From: a virus
Strand: one strand, 5' to 3'
Virus record (IMG/VR): IMGVR_UViG_3300036715_000227
Coordinates: 2,353-66,352 of that record
DNA: 64,000 nucleotides
Shown here piece by piece: positions 23,803 to 32,844 of this stretch; position 1 is the stretch's first letter, and every line of letters begins with the position of its first letter. The position numbers and the translations under genes are program-made. The notes beneath the pieces are model-generated. The model had not been told where the DNA came from, did not search any database, and was given only the letters and a program-made list of their open reading frames with translations.

Positions 23803-24188
23803 AATCGAACCTCTATATAAAGTATTTATGTTACTCTGCAAATATAGGTACCATTACATAAATCCCGATCATAAATTGTCCTACCTATTGTTGCTACTCC
23901 CTAAGTAGCCACTAGATTCAGAGTCTATCGGCTTCGCAACATTGTTGCCGCCATATACGTCAATAGGTATTCAAAAGTGCACTGCAAGGTATCTGCATTA
24001 TTAATGCCCACAAGCTTGTGCACTTTTGAATACCTAGCATTGCTGCTAGATATGTTGGGGTCACTATGCCCCAACCAGGAGTCTTACTAATGCGTTCTCA
24101 CCGCAGTTTTCATGTTTCCTGTCCGCCTTTTTACAGCTTAATTTATAGTGTTCTGTTAGGTCTACGTTACCTATCCACACTGCGCATA

Positions 24189-24347
24189 TTAGCAAGCAAT
24201 TAAACTGCCTTTATGCGACTTTTTCTTGCACTGTAGCTGCGCATTGCGTTCCAACTTTCTAACGATCAGCTTTTGAAACTGCTCTTTAGTCATTGTATAC
24301 GTTGCAAGCCACTCTGCTTGTTGTTTACTCTTTTTATCTGTTTCCAT
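24189..24347 (-). CDS. 52-aa basic hypothetical protein, first gene after the attenuator
   Basis: AAAAGGA RBS; METDKKSKQQAEWLATY.. Confidence 0.55.
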   Translation of the reverse strand: METDKKSKQQAEWLATYTMTKEQFQKLIVRKLERNAQLQCKKKSHKGSLIAC

Positions 24348-24360
24348 TATTCCTTTTCAC

Positions 24361-24400
24361 AAAACAAAAAACCCTGAGGTCTTTCGATCCCAGGGTTCTT
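24361..24400 (-). terminator. intrinsic terminator (candidate attenuator)
   Basis: AACCCTGGGATC-GAAA-GACCTCAGGGTT then TTTTGTTTT. Confidence 0.85.
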
Positions 24401-24425
24401 GAAGTTTTTGTGTGTTACTTGCTGT

Positions 24426-24620
24426 TTAAGCGTAACCACTTCCTTCTCGAACCCTGAACGTAATCTCATTATCCCCGCGTGTCACAATAGTTTCTGTACC
24501 CGCATTATACGAGCCGTATGTAAAGCTATTGGACAAAGTCGCATCATGCCACATCGGTGCGCATACGGGCTGTTGCGCCTGGACCGCTAATGTTTGCAAT
24601 GATAAGAGACTATGTTTCAT
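24426..24620 (-). CDS. candidate leader peptide using all 20 amino acids
   Basis: 64 codons, 43 distinct sense codons by hand count; contains antiterminator TTCAGGGTTC; RBS weak. Confidence 0.6.
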   Translation of the reverse strand: MKHSLLSLQTLAVQAQQPVCAPMWHDATLSNSFTYGSYNAGTETIVTRGDNEITFRVREGSGYA

Positions 24621-24667
24621 TTTGTTTACCGTTTTAAGTTGCCTTGTTTAAATTTCTAACTTAAGCT

Positions 24668-24896
24668 ATTGTACATTAAGATTAATTAAAGTGCAACCGC
24701 TTTCTACATTTATTTATTCCATTTAGCACCACTGCTAAATTTTCTAACTTAAGCTATTGTACAATAAGATTAATTATTATGCAACCTGCTTGTTAAGTTA
24801 TTTATACCATTTCAAAAAACACTGCTATTAAACACGTTTTTTGAACTCTTTTTGCTTTCAAGTTCTAATTATGCATTAAGACGCATTGTTTGTCAA
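24668..24896 (-). promoter_or_regulatory. three tandem sigma70-type promoters heading the tRNA array
   Basis: TTGACA-N17-CATAAT, TTGCAT-N17-TACAAT, TTGCAC-N17-TACAAT, sharing TCTTAWTG. Confidence 0.8.
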
Positions 24897-24911
24897 GCCA
24901 CTTTGGATAAC

Positions 24912-25178
24912 CTACTTAAAAATTGTGGACCACTTCTTTAGCTTCTCTGCCTTGGCAACGCTTGCTTGGCTTAGTTCTTCTTTATTCAATACGCCACTAG
25001 AAACCAAAAGTCCAATCATGCATATAACATCACCAGCTTCTTGCGTTAGGTTTTGTTGGTTGGAACGATCTTGCCAAGTCGAGTCTAGGCCCCAACGTGT
25101 GCACTTGCTTGCCGCCACTACCAACTCACCGCACTCTTCTTTGAGTATATCCAAAATCTCTTTGATTTTGTCGTCCAT
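24912..25178 (-). CDS. MazG-like NTP pyrophosphohydrolase
   Basis: EECGEL..SK..R.G..EAGDV. Confidence 0.8.
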   Translation of the reverse strand: MDDKIKEILDILKEECGELVVAASKCTRWGLDSTWQDRSNQQNLTQEAGDVICMIGLLVSSGVLNKEELSQASVAKAEKLKKWSTIFK

Positions 25179-25180
25179 AA

Positions 25181-26770
25181 TTATCGGGTTTCACGACCCA
25201 TTTTTTCCCTAGTAGGTGCCGTGCTTGCTTTGTCTTTGATACGTGCAATGGCTGCTGACTTTTCTGCGCTAGGGCCTATCTCTGTGCGGCCGCCCGTCAT
25301 TACATTAGGTTTTGCCAATGGAGTTTCTTCGTCTGGAATGTCGTCAATGTCAAGCCCTGCACCAAAACCATCATCACCATCCGTGACTCTACCTAATTTA
25401 AAACTAAATCCCCCTGCTGTTGGGTCTACAGCACTACACTTATTAACTACACTTATCTCGCCATCTAATTTAGCAGGCCACTGAGTTGTAAACACTAATT
25501 CGCCTCCCTTAAATTCGGAATACTGCTGAATAAAATTCATCTCTAAAATTTGCAATATTGTAGATTGAAACTCCGGAATAGCATTATGCTCATTAATTGC
25601 TTCTGCTACATACTTCTTTAGATTATAAACTAACTTACCGGCATCGCATGTGCGTTTTTTAACATTCAACCCAGAGAATAAAGGGCTAAACTTTGCAGGC
25701 AACGTTGAATCCTTGCCTTGTTTAAAGTTAGCAAGGTCAGTAACACATTGTTGAACTAAATTTGGATGCTTTTCAGACAACGGTAAAAATTTTAGCCAGT
25801 GTTTCGGCAAAGATTCTGGTGCTATATTAAATATAAAATCAACTGCCGAAAATGCTTGTGTAATGGTGCTAGGTCCAACTGTCCTGTCGGATGCTTGGCA
25901 TAGTTCCACAAAACGCAGAGCATTTTTTAATTTGCGGTTTTCTTTTAACTCTGGACTAATTTTCAATCCGGAGATAGCAGGGGCGGCACCGCCGCCATTC
26001 CCTTTACTAGAAATATTGACACTATGTGAGGTTGTTTCGCTAGTAATACTAGCGAAACTATCAGCCAGGTTATTATTTGCTTTAAGCGGGAAGTTCAACG
26101 TTAACTCGCCAATATCCCCTCCTAGCCATTCTAAGAAAGCCTTACGCTTTGGGAATACAGTGCGATTATATAGCAACGCCAAAACTCCAAGGTATTCGCC
26201 CGCATAATCAACGATTGCGTTACGCACTTTTTCTTTATCTTTTTCCAAATACTCATCCGGAAATACTACCCGTTCAGAAGAAATGATATACCGAGCAAAT
26301 TGCTGTACCACTTTGCCGTAGTCAGTGCTACTCAATATATTGTTGTTCGCAATGATATCAAAAAAATCAGCAGCATCTATATTTTGATCGCATATATGAA
26401 TTTGAGATGGCTTAACCTTTAACGCTTCTTTTCCTGCGTCAGAAGGGTTTTCTCCCACGGCTGCAGTCATACCACCAAATTCTTTTGTTTTAGCAAGCTT
26501 ACTTAAAGGGATAGAATCAGGGCTATTCAATATCTTTGCCTTAATTCCCCCTTTAAATTGTCCTGTATCAAATAATTGTTGGAATCGACTTGCCTCTGTC
26601 GGATCTATCACTATTTCCGCCCCGTCTAAACTAGTAAAAGGCGATCCAGATGCAATTTTTTTAATAAAAAGAGGAAAACGAGCATCATGGCCAGCGCCAG
26701 TTAATTCTGATGGGGCCAGGGTAGGAGCTTCTGTTAAAAAGTAATCAATTTTATTTAATAAATCGCGCAT
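25181..26770 (-). CDS. hypothetical protein, possibly virion-associated
   Basis: 529 aa; MRDLLNKI..LTE N-terminus resembles processed head proteins. Confidence 0.55.
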   Translation of the reverse strand: MRDLLNKIDYFLTEAPTLAPSELTGAGHDARFPLFIKKIASGSPFTSLDGAEIVIDPTEASRFQQLFDTGQFKGGIKAKILNSPDSIPLSKLAKTKEFGGMTAAVGENPSDAGKEALKVKPSQIHICDQNIDAADFFDIIANNNILSSTDYGKVVQQFARYIISSERVVFPDEYLEKDKEKVRNAIVDYAGEYLGVLALLYNRTVFPKRKAFLEWLGGDIGELTLNFPLKANNNLADSFASITSETTSHSVNISSKGNGGGAAPAISGLKISPELKENRKLKNALRFVELCQASDRTVGPSTITQAFSAVDFIFNIAPESLPKHWLKFLPLSEKHPNLVQQCVTDLANFKQGKDSTLPAKFSPLFSGLNVKKRTCDAGKLVYNLKKYVAEAINEHNAIPEFQSTILQILEMNFIQQYSEFKGGELVFTTQWPAKLDGEISVVNKCSAVDPTAGGFSFKLGRVTDGDDGFGAGLDIDDIPDEETPLAKPNVMTGGRTEIGPSAEKSAAIARIKDKASTAPTREKMGRETR

Positions 26771-26790
26771 GTTGTGTCCTTATAAGCTAT

Positions 26791-27549
26791 TTATTCACGG
26801 ATACGATAAAAGCCTTTGTCCAACCAAGTAGTAAGGATGTCTTCCTGTCGTACATAGTTATTCTTATTAAGACTGTGCTTAATGCTGTCATTGATGAGGT
26901 CAGCGTCGGCAAGGTCGTGCCACGACGTTTTGCGCGGGTCCATAGGAGCGTGACCACTCTTGTACACTGCTGCATAAAGCCACGGATCGTTCATATTCTT
27001 GTAGAAATATGCGTCTTTACAGTCGAATCCGTTCACTGCAAGCATGTAAATCAGCGATGTGATGTTGTGGTTGTAGTATACCCCGCTTGGCGTATTATTG
27101 TGCATACGATTGTACAGATAGTGAATATTCTGTGGCATTGCCATCACGAGCATCCCGTTCTCTGACATTGCATTGCTCCAGTTTTTAAGAGTTTGCAACG
27201 GATTTACTGCATACTGGAACGCATCATGGCACCACATCAAATCTACTTTTCGGGGAAATAGATTGCTATCCTCAAAATTCTTTTGTATGGGCTTTACATT
27301 CTCTAGCGCAAGGATCTCTTTGTTGATTTTAGATAAGTCTTCGTCGACTGCATAAACTATGTAGTTATGTGGTTCAGGGGGGTCATCGCGTGTTTCCAAT
27401 GTTGCCCACCATTCTACGTCGAGACCAGCGCCACAGCCCATATCTGCGACTACAGTCAAACTGTCTAGAAAACTATCGTAGCCGTACAATAGTTCCAAAA
27501 TTTGCATACTGTGGTCATGCGAGTCATATGCGTTTCTGAATTGTGCCAT
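26791..27549 (-). CDS. SAM-dependent methyltransferase
   Basis: VADMGCGAG, VDLMWCHD. Confidence 0.85.
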   Translation of the reverse strand: MAQFRNAYDSHDHSMQILELLYGYDSFLDSLTVVADMGCGAGLDVEWWATLETRDDPPEPHNYIVYAVDEDLSKINKEILALENVKPIQKNFEDSNLFPRKVDLMWCHDAFQYAVNPLQTLKNWSNAMSENGMLVMAMPQNIHYLYNRMHNNTPSGVYYNHNITSLIYMLAVNGFDCKDAYFYKNMNDPWLYAAVYKSGHAPMDPRKTSWHDLADADLINDSIKHSLNKNNYVRQEDILTTWLDKGFYRIRE

Positions 27550-27790
27550 CTTTTAATACCTCGTATACTATCTGTTCTTTTAACTTTTTAAGAGCCGGAG
27601 CTAACTTCTCACAAGCTTTTCGTAACTCGTCGTCTGATGTCCCCCATGCATACTCTTGATCTACTACGTGCGCCAATGACGAACATCTGTCTTTTGCAAG
27701 TTGAAGATCAATAACGTTTTTAGGTACTTGTGCACGTTCACACAAGTACCATTCGTCTAATAATTCTCTTGCAAGTTGTTTATGGTCCAT
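27524..27790 (-). CDS. hypothetical protein
   Basis: 88 aa, coupled to neighbours. Confidence 0.6.
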   Translation of the reverse strand: MDHKQLARELLDEWYLCERAQVPKNVIDLQLAKDRCSSLAHVVDQEYAWGTSDDELRKACEKLAPALKKLKEQIVYEVLKDGTIQKRI

Positions 27791-28242
27791 TACACTGTTA
27801 CGTCTTCCATACCAGCAGTGCGTAAACGAACCACGTGCCCAGCCATATAAGACTTGGCCTCTAGTCCCTTCATCACTCCTAAGTACTTATTCCGCAGTAA
27901 AGCCACTTCATTTATTAATGTTTCATAATCAATGACTTCGTCCTCGCCGTCAACATACTTCTCAGCATCCCTACTAGTAAGTGCTCGAGCGTATCCTTCT
28001 AGATACTTTTGGAAATGTTTACGGCGTATCTTACGAAGCTGAATGTTCATGTGCCCCAGTACAGCTTCAATTTCTTGCAGCTGATGGAACCTATGCTCGG
28101 TTTGCCCTGGTAGCGCCGCAACGTTCTTCTCGACGTTTCCTTTAAGGGCTATCTCTCCACGGGCTCCAATAAGCTCAGACTCAAAGTACTGGATGAAGTT
28201 AGGTAGCGCGGATAAATCCGCGACTACTTTGTTGTACCACAT
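27790..28242 (-). CDS. uvsY: UvsY recombination mediator
   Basis: KYVDGEDEV..LRTAGMED; near uvsX. Confidence 0.8.
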   Translation of the reverse strand: MWYNKVVADLSALPNFIQYFESELIGARGEIALKGNVEKNVAALPGQTEHRFHQLQEIEAVLGHMNIQLRKIRRKHFQKYLEGYARALTSRDAEKYVDGEDEVIDYETLINEVALLRNKYLGVMKGLEAKSYMAGHVVRLRTAGMEDVTV

Positions 28243-28469
28243 TACTCGTCGTCTTCGTTGTAGTAATCGTCTTCGTCTTCAGCGGCATACTCGCGCATTG
28301 CCTTGGACAATGTCGGGTCACTACCGCCAAAGTCTTGCAACTCTTCGTCAGACAACATATCAACCATTACGCTCATTACGTTGTCTGCCGCCTCTTGACG
28401 GTCCTTGGCAGGGATGTACTGCTTAAGGATGGAGTATACTTCGTTCAATACTTCTACTTCGATGCTCAT
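28242..28469 (-). CDS. small acidic hypothetical protein
   Basis: MSIEVEVL.., AAGGA RBS. Confidence 0.6.
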   Translation of the reverse strand: MSIEVEVLNEVYSILKQYIPAKDRQEAADNVMSVMVDMLSDEELQDFGGSDPTLSKAMREYAAEDEDDYYNEDDE

Positions 28470-29173
28470 TTGATTTTCCTTATTACTAACCAACCTTTAC
28501 ATTTTCCGCTAGTTGGTATTTTATTGTATTTTAACACTTTTTCCATCGTTGACACAACCAAGTTGTTAGCCAAACAAAATTTTGCAAACTCTCCTACTAC
28601 ATTAAACATTTCCCCGGCCGGATTAACGAAAACAAATTCCTTGCTATTATTCTTATTCCCTGACATGCGTATAGAATGTGCCTCTTTCACTTCACTGGTA
28701 TGATGCTTTCCGTAGAAAGCATTTTCCTTGCCGTTTCTTCCTATCTTAGCCTTAGTTTGCTCGGAATGCTTTTTTCTGCCCACTGTGTTGCAAGTAGTAA
28801 CATAACTTGCAACTCTTTTTTCTATATGCAATTTAGATTGCTTTTTACCTAAATGAGAAGGAGGTCGGTTATCTATACATATGTTCGTTAAAATTCCATT
28901 TTCGTCAATGTTTTCTCTGCCGTATTGCTTAATAAATTTAGCTTCAAGTAAGTATGCATCATGTTCACTCTCAATATTGTCTACTAGAATTTTTACAGGT
29001 ACGTCAAATCCGTTATTAGTTAAGTATAGGATTTTAAATGTTTTATACCGATTACTTGTCGTATCTGCACGTTCTTTAAAATGGTCTAAATGCCTAGTGT
29101 TAGCTTTAAGCCCTTTACCGATATAAAACGGATCACCTGTTCGAATATCAATTAACGCATAGACATAATACAT
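28466..29173 (-). CDS. GIY-YIG/NUMOD3 homing endonuclease
   Basis: YYVYALID..PFYIGKG..R..E; FYGKHHT. Confidence 0.85.
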   Translation of the reverse strand: MYYVYALIDIRTGDPFYIGKGLKANTRHLDHFKERADTTSNRYKTFKILYLTNNGFDVPVKILVDNIESEHDAYLLEAKFIKQYGRENIDENGILTNICIDNRPPSHLGKKQSKLHIEKRVASYVTTCNTVGRKKHSEQTKAKIGRNGKENAFYGKHHTSEVKEAHSIRMSGNKNNSKEFVFVNPAGEMFNVVGEFAKFCLANNLVVSTMEKVLKYNKIPTSGKCKGWLVIRKIK

Positions 29174-29216
29174 AGCAGCCTTTATAGTTATTTAGCTAGA
29201 CTGCTATGTATCCATA

Positions 29217-30299
29217 TTACTCTTCCACCGGGTCAATCGAATCTACTGTTTCCGGGGTTCGGCCTGACATCAGATGAGGATTAGCCGTTATGTCAGCCAT
29301 AACACGAGTCAAACATTCGTCGTCATTACGTTCCCATCCTTTTCGAAATTTTTTAATAATTTCACCATCAGTTGTTGTATATACTAGGCTGTTACCTTCC
29401 TTCTTTAGAAGTGCCTTACCTTCAAACATATCCGTCAATCCAGACGTAGGACTCATTCCTTGCTCGTAAGGAATCTTAACTTGCACGGATTCAAACGGCT
29501 TTGCATAACGAGTCTTCATGATCTTACAAGCTGCACGAATACCAGCAACTTCTTTAGTCTTGTTTCCATCTTCATCTTCCTTTAGCTTAAGCTTGCGCAT
29601 AGCAACGACGATAGATGAGGCATAGATGAAGCCTTGTCCACCAGAGATCTTGTCGTCTGGATCAAACATGTCTTGCGATGCGTATGTGTGGTTAGTTGCA
29701 ACCAGGCCAATGCCCAACGAGCCAAACATGTTAACACAGTTGCGCACTAATGCAGTCAATGCCTTAGGCTTGCGACCCATGTCACCCTTCATGTCACCTG
29801 CATTGAACTGGTTAACGTCTGTAGGAGTCAACAACATACCCAGCGAGTCAAGTACAATCAGTACCTTAGGACGATCTGCTTCTGGTACATCTTTGTATTG
29901 TGCAACGAACTCGCTGATCATCTTTGCGACGTCATCGATCATTGCCATGTTGAGTTTCAGAAGCTTGTCTTCCGATGTGTCAACGTTAAGAGCATGTAAC
30001 CACTTTTCATCTAGTGCGTTTTCCGTATCGATTAGAATAGGAAATATGCCGGCCTTTTGTGCATTGGCAACAAGATTGCCAGAACAGATAAAGGACTTAC
30101 CCGCACCAGATTCTCCAGCAAACACCGTTACCTTGCCCAACGGAATACCGCGGTCAAAGGCGCCGGAGATTAGATAGTTGAGAGCGTAGTTATTAGTGCT
30201 TACCCAGTCAGTCGGGTCATTGAATCCTGTGCTAAGTCCTTCGATAGACTTAGTGATAGATTTGCGAAATTTGCTAACATCAAACGGGCGATTGGCCAT
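29217..30299 (-). CDS. uvsX: UvsX RecA-like recombinase
   Basis: AGESGAGKS Walker A, LIVLDSLG, ISGGQG. Confidence 0.95.
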   Translation of the reverse strand: MANRPFDVSKFRKSITKSIEGLSTGFNDPTDWVSTNNYALNYLISGAFDRGIPLGKVTVFAGESGAGKSFICSGNLVANAQKAGIFPILIDTENALDEKWLHALNVDTSEDKLLKLNMAMIDDVAKMISEFVAQYKDVPEADRPKVLIVLDSLGMLLTPTDVNQFNAGDMKGDMGRKPKALTALVRNCVNMFGSLGIGLVATNHTYASQDMFDPDDKISGGQGFIYASSIVVAMRKLKLKEDEDGNKTKEVAGIRAACKIMKTRYAKPFESVQVKIPYEQGMSPTSGLTDMFEGKALLKKEGNSLVYTTTDGEIIKKFRKGWERNDDECLTRVMADITANPHLMSGRTPETVDSIDPVEE

Positions 30300-30915
30300 T
30301 TTGTTTTCCTTTTAAATATGATTGTCTTCTAGCTTCGGACCAGGGCTTACCTTTTAATGATTCGCCTAATTTAGCAGCATGTTCGGGAGTACGCTTATAC
30401 TCTTTCATTTGTTGCTTAGTTGCATCCGAATGCTTATAATTCAACTGTTGTTGCGATTGACTCATTTTTTGCTTAGTTGCGTCTGAATGTTTCAATCCCA
30501 AATGACCGTTAGAATTAAATTTTCCTTTTTTAGTCGCTTGCATTTTTTGAATACGAGCTGCTTTAGCTTCAGCAGATTCACCGTAAGATGTTAAAACTCT
30601 AGAATTAGTTTCTTTATCTACATACGCTTTATTCAAACGTAACGGATCTGTTTTGCTTTCTTTAATCAATCTTTGTTCTTCCCAGAAACAATCTTCGTAC
30701 TTTTCATTTCTGAATAATATTTGAACTTCAAACGAATCTGCACCATACATCTCTATTAACTCTTTAACTTTCCTCGATGAAGAAAAATAATGAATCCATA
30801 AATCGTCCTCTGGAGAACGTTTTTGTCGTATATTGCTTGCTCTTGATCCTATATAAAATTGATTAGTTATCTTATTTTTTAAAAAGTACACATAGGCTTG
30901 AAATTTATTTTGCAT
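30280..30915 (-). CDS. GIY-YIG/NUMOD3 homing endonuclease
   Basis: AYVYFL..FYIGSR; KHSDATK repeats. Confidence 0.85.
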   Translation of the reverse strand: MQNKFQAYVYFLKNKITNQFYIGSRASNIRQKRSPEDDLWIHYFSSSRKVKELIEMYGADSFEVQILFRNEKYEDCFWEEQRLIKESKTDPLRLNKAYVDKETNSRVLTSYGESAEAKAARIQKMQATKKGKFNSNGHLGLKHSDATKQKMSQSQQQLNYKHSDATKQQMKEYKRTPEHAAKLGESLKGKPWSEARRQSYLKGKQNGQSPV

Positions 30916-30949
30916 ACATTATTTATGCTGTCAAATGGTTTTGCCATGA

Positions 30950-31663
30950 TTATTCCTTAATTAACTTTATAAATTCAGTTGTGCTTGTTGGATGACCAAC
31001 AAGCAATTTCATTGAACTGTGATCCTTTACCGCTCGACTAATTATCGAATGAATTATTCCTACTTCGAAAAAGTTTAAGTTCACAGTGTAGTGTATCCCT
31101 TGTATTACATCATATGCAATTTTAACACACCTGGCTATATTATCATAGTATTTTTGGTTACATTCAGCGACAAGTTTCGAAAATTCTAAAACTCTATCTT
31201 CATTCACTGCTAGTCCCATCTCGGTGAGCTTTGTTGAAAACATTTTTGGATTTTCCCAATACCATAATACATCAACCACATGGTCTGCTGATACGAACGC
31301 ATGTTGCCTATCAGACAGACACACAGATAAAATCTCTAATTGTTCACCATAATTGCCGCTAACTTTTTTATAGATAATGTCTCCGAATTCAGGAGTCCTT
31401 CCGTGCCACTTTTCAAAACTCATAAGCTGGATTAGTAATTTACCAAATTCAGTTGTCGAGGTAGACGCAATCACTGTACTGTCATGAGGCGGACGGGCAG
31501 GGTGGAAAATTTTATAAAATAATTCAAGAGGCTTGTAATGATGTAGATTTTTTCCCGGGACGAATGAAGGTAAAATATCACTTCCACCTTCATTCGTACA
31601 GTAATCCAACATTGCTGCCAAGGTGTTACCCATGGCACCATTTGGATATACAATGCTTAACAC
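30950..31663 (-). CDS. hypothetical protein
   Basis: 237 aa ORF. Confidence 0.65.
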   Translation of the reverse strand: MLSIVYPNGAMGNTLAAMLDYCTNEGGSDILPSFVPGKNLHHYKPLELFYKIFHPARPPHDSTVIASTSTTEFGKLLIQLMSFEKWHGRTPEFGDIIYKKVSGNYGEQLEILSVCLSDRQHAFVSADHVVDVLWYWENPKMFSTKLTEMGLAVNEDRVLEFSKLVAECNQKYYDNIARCVKIAYDVIQGIHYTVNLNFFEVGIIHSIISRAVKDHSSMKLLVGHPTSTTEFIKLIKE

Positions 31664-31664
31664 A

Positions 31665-32699
31665 TTAAGATTGCTTGCGGCTACGGATCATTGCCAAAAT
31701 GTCTTCGGCGGACTTGGTAGTTGCCTTAGCAGGAGTTACTACTGGTGCAGTAGCTTCTGGTGCAGCATCTTCTTCCCAAGGTTGAGCAGCGGCTTCTGCA
31801 ACTGGTGCAGCGGCTGGTGCAGGACGAGCGACTGGTGCGCTTGGCTTGACTGCAACGCCGGTACCTTCGTTGGCTGTATCTTCTGCACCCTTGGATTGGA
31901 ATCCACTTGGCTTGAAGTACTTTTCCCAACGTTCGCGGTCGTAAGGTTGTCCGTCAACGGATGCTTCGAACATTTCCTTCATGACCTGCAACTCAACTTC
32001 TCCTGGCTTCTTTGGCAAGAATGTAGACAAGTCAAACAGACCATGTGTTTCGATAGCAGTCGCTTCGTCTGCTGTCAATGCAGTTTCCTTACGGGACCAG
32101 CTGGATGTGCTGTAGTCAGCGTAACCACCTTTGGAGGTCTTCTTAACGGTGAAGTCAAGACCTGCAACGTAGTCAGTTGGCAAGTTTTCCAATTCTGGGT
32201 CCATCAACGCAGTCTTAACCAAGTTAAAGATTTGTGGGCTGATGATGAAACGACGGATTGGGTTGCCCTCTGGGCCCTTGTCGTCGGCGATTGGGTTTTC
32301 GTGCACGAAACCTTGGAACAAGTAAGACTTCTTCTTCCAGTACTTGCGACCAAGTTCTTCGAGGTTAGGGTCCTTGAACCATGGGCGAACTTCTGCCAAG
32401 ATTGGGCATTGCGAACCATCGTTGTACATTTCGACGCAAGGTACTTGCACACGTACTTGCTTAGAGTCTGCCTCGCCTTTGATACCAGCGAATGTCAAAT
32501 TGATCATTGCCTTCTCAACCCAGAAGTAAGAGTTTTTGGTGTTGCCGTCAGGCAGGAAACGAATGCGGGCTTGTGTGCCTTCGGCGATATTCCAGTGGGG
32601 GTAAATTACGTTGTCACCAGCAAATTTGCCTTTGCCGCCTTGACCGTTGTTGGATTGCGCTTGTAGTTTAGCGCGAATTTCTGCGAGAGTAAGTGCCAT
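31665..32699 (-). CDS. single-stranded DNA-binding protein (T4 gp32-like)
   Basis: RIRFLPD, CPI, YADYSTS, Ala/Pro tail. Confidence 0.9.
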   Translation of the reverse strand: MALTLAEIRAKLQAQSNNGQGGKGKFAGDNVIYPHWNIAEGTQARIRFLPDGNTKNSYFWVEKAMINLTFAGIKGEADSKQVRVQVPCVEMYNDGSQCPILAEVRPWFKDPNLEELGRKYWKKKSYLFQGFVHENPIADDKGPEGNPIRRFIISPQIFNLVKTALMDPELENLPTDYVAGLDFTVKKTSKGGYADYSTSSWSRKETALTADEATAIETHGLFDLSTFLPKKPGEVELQVMKEMFEASVDGQPYDRERWEKYFKPSGFQSKGAEDTANEGTGVAVKPSAPVARPAPAAAPVAEAAAQPWEEDAAPEATAPVVTPAKATTKSAEDILAMIRSRKQS

Positions 32700-32844
32700 G
32701 ATAAATATTTCCTTGTATGTTAAGTTTTAAGTTGGTCTTAGTTTTGCTTTGATGCAATAACGTCACGCTACTTGCGTAACGTAAATTTATTGTAACATTG
32801 TATTTATCCCTGAGCAAGGAAAACGACTATTTTTCTTTTACCAA

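Noticed and set aside
31623-32666. Long antisense ORFs opposite gp32, uvsX, sheath and fibre genes
   Set aside because: Shadow frames arising from codon bias of the real genes.
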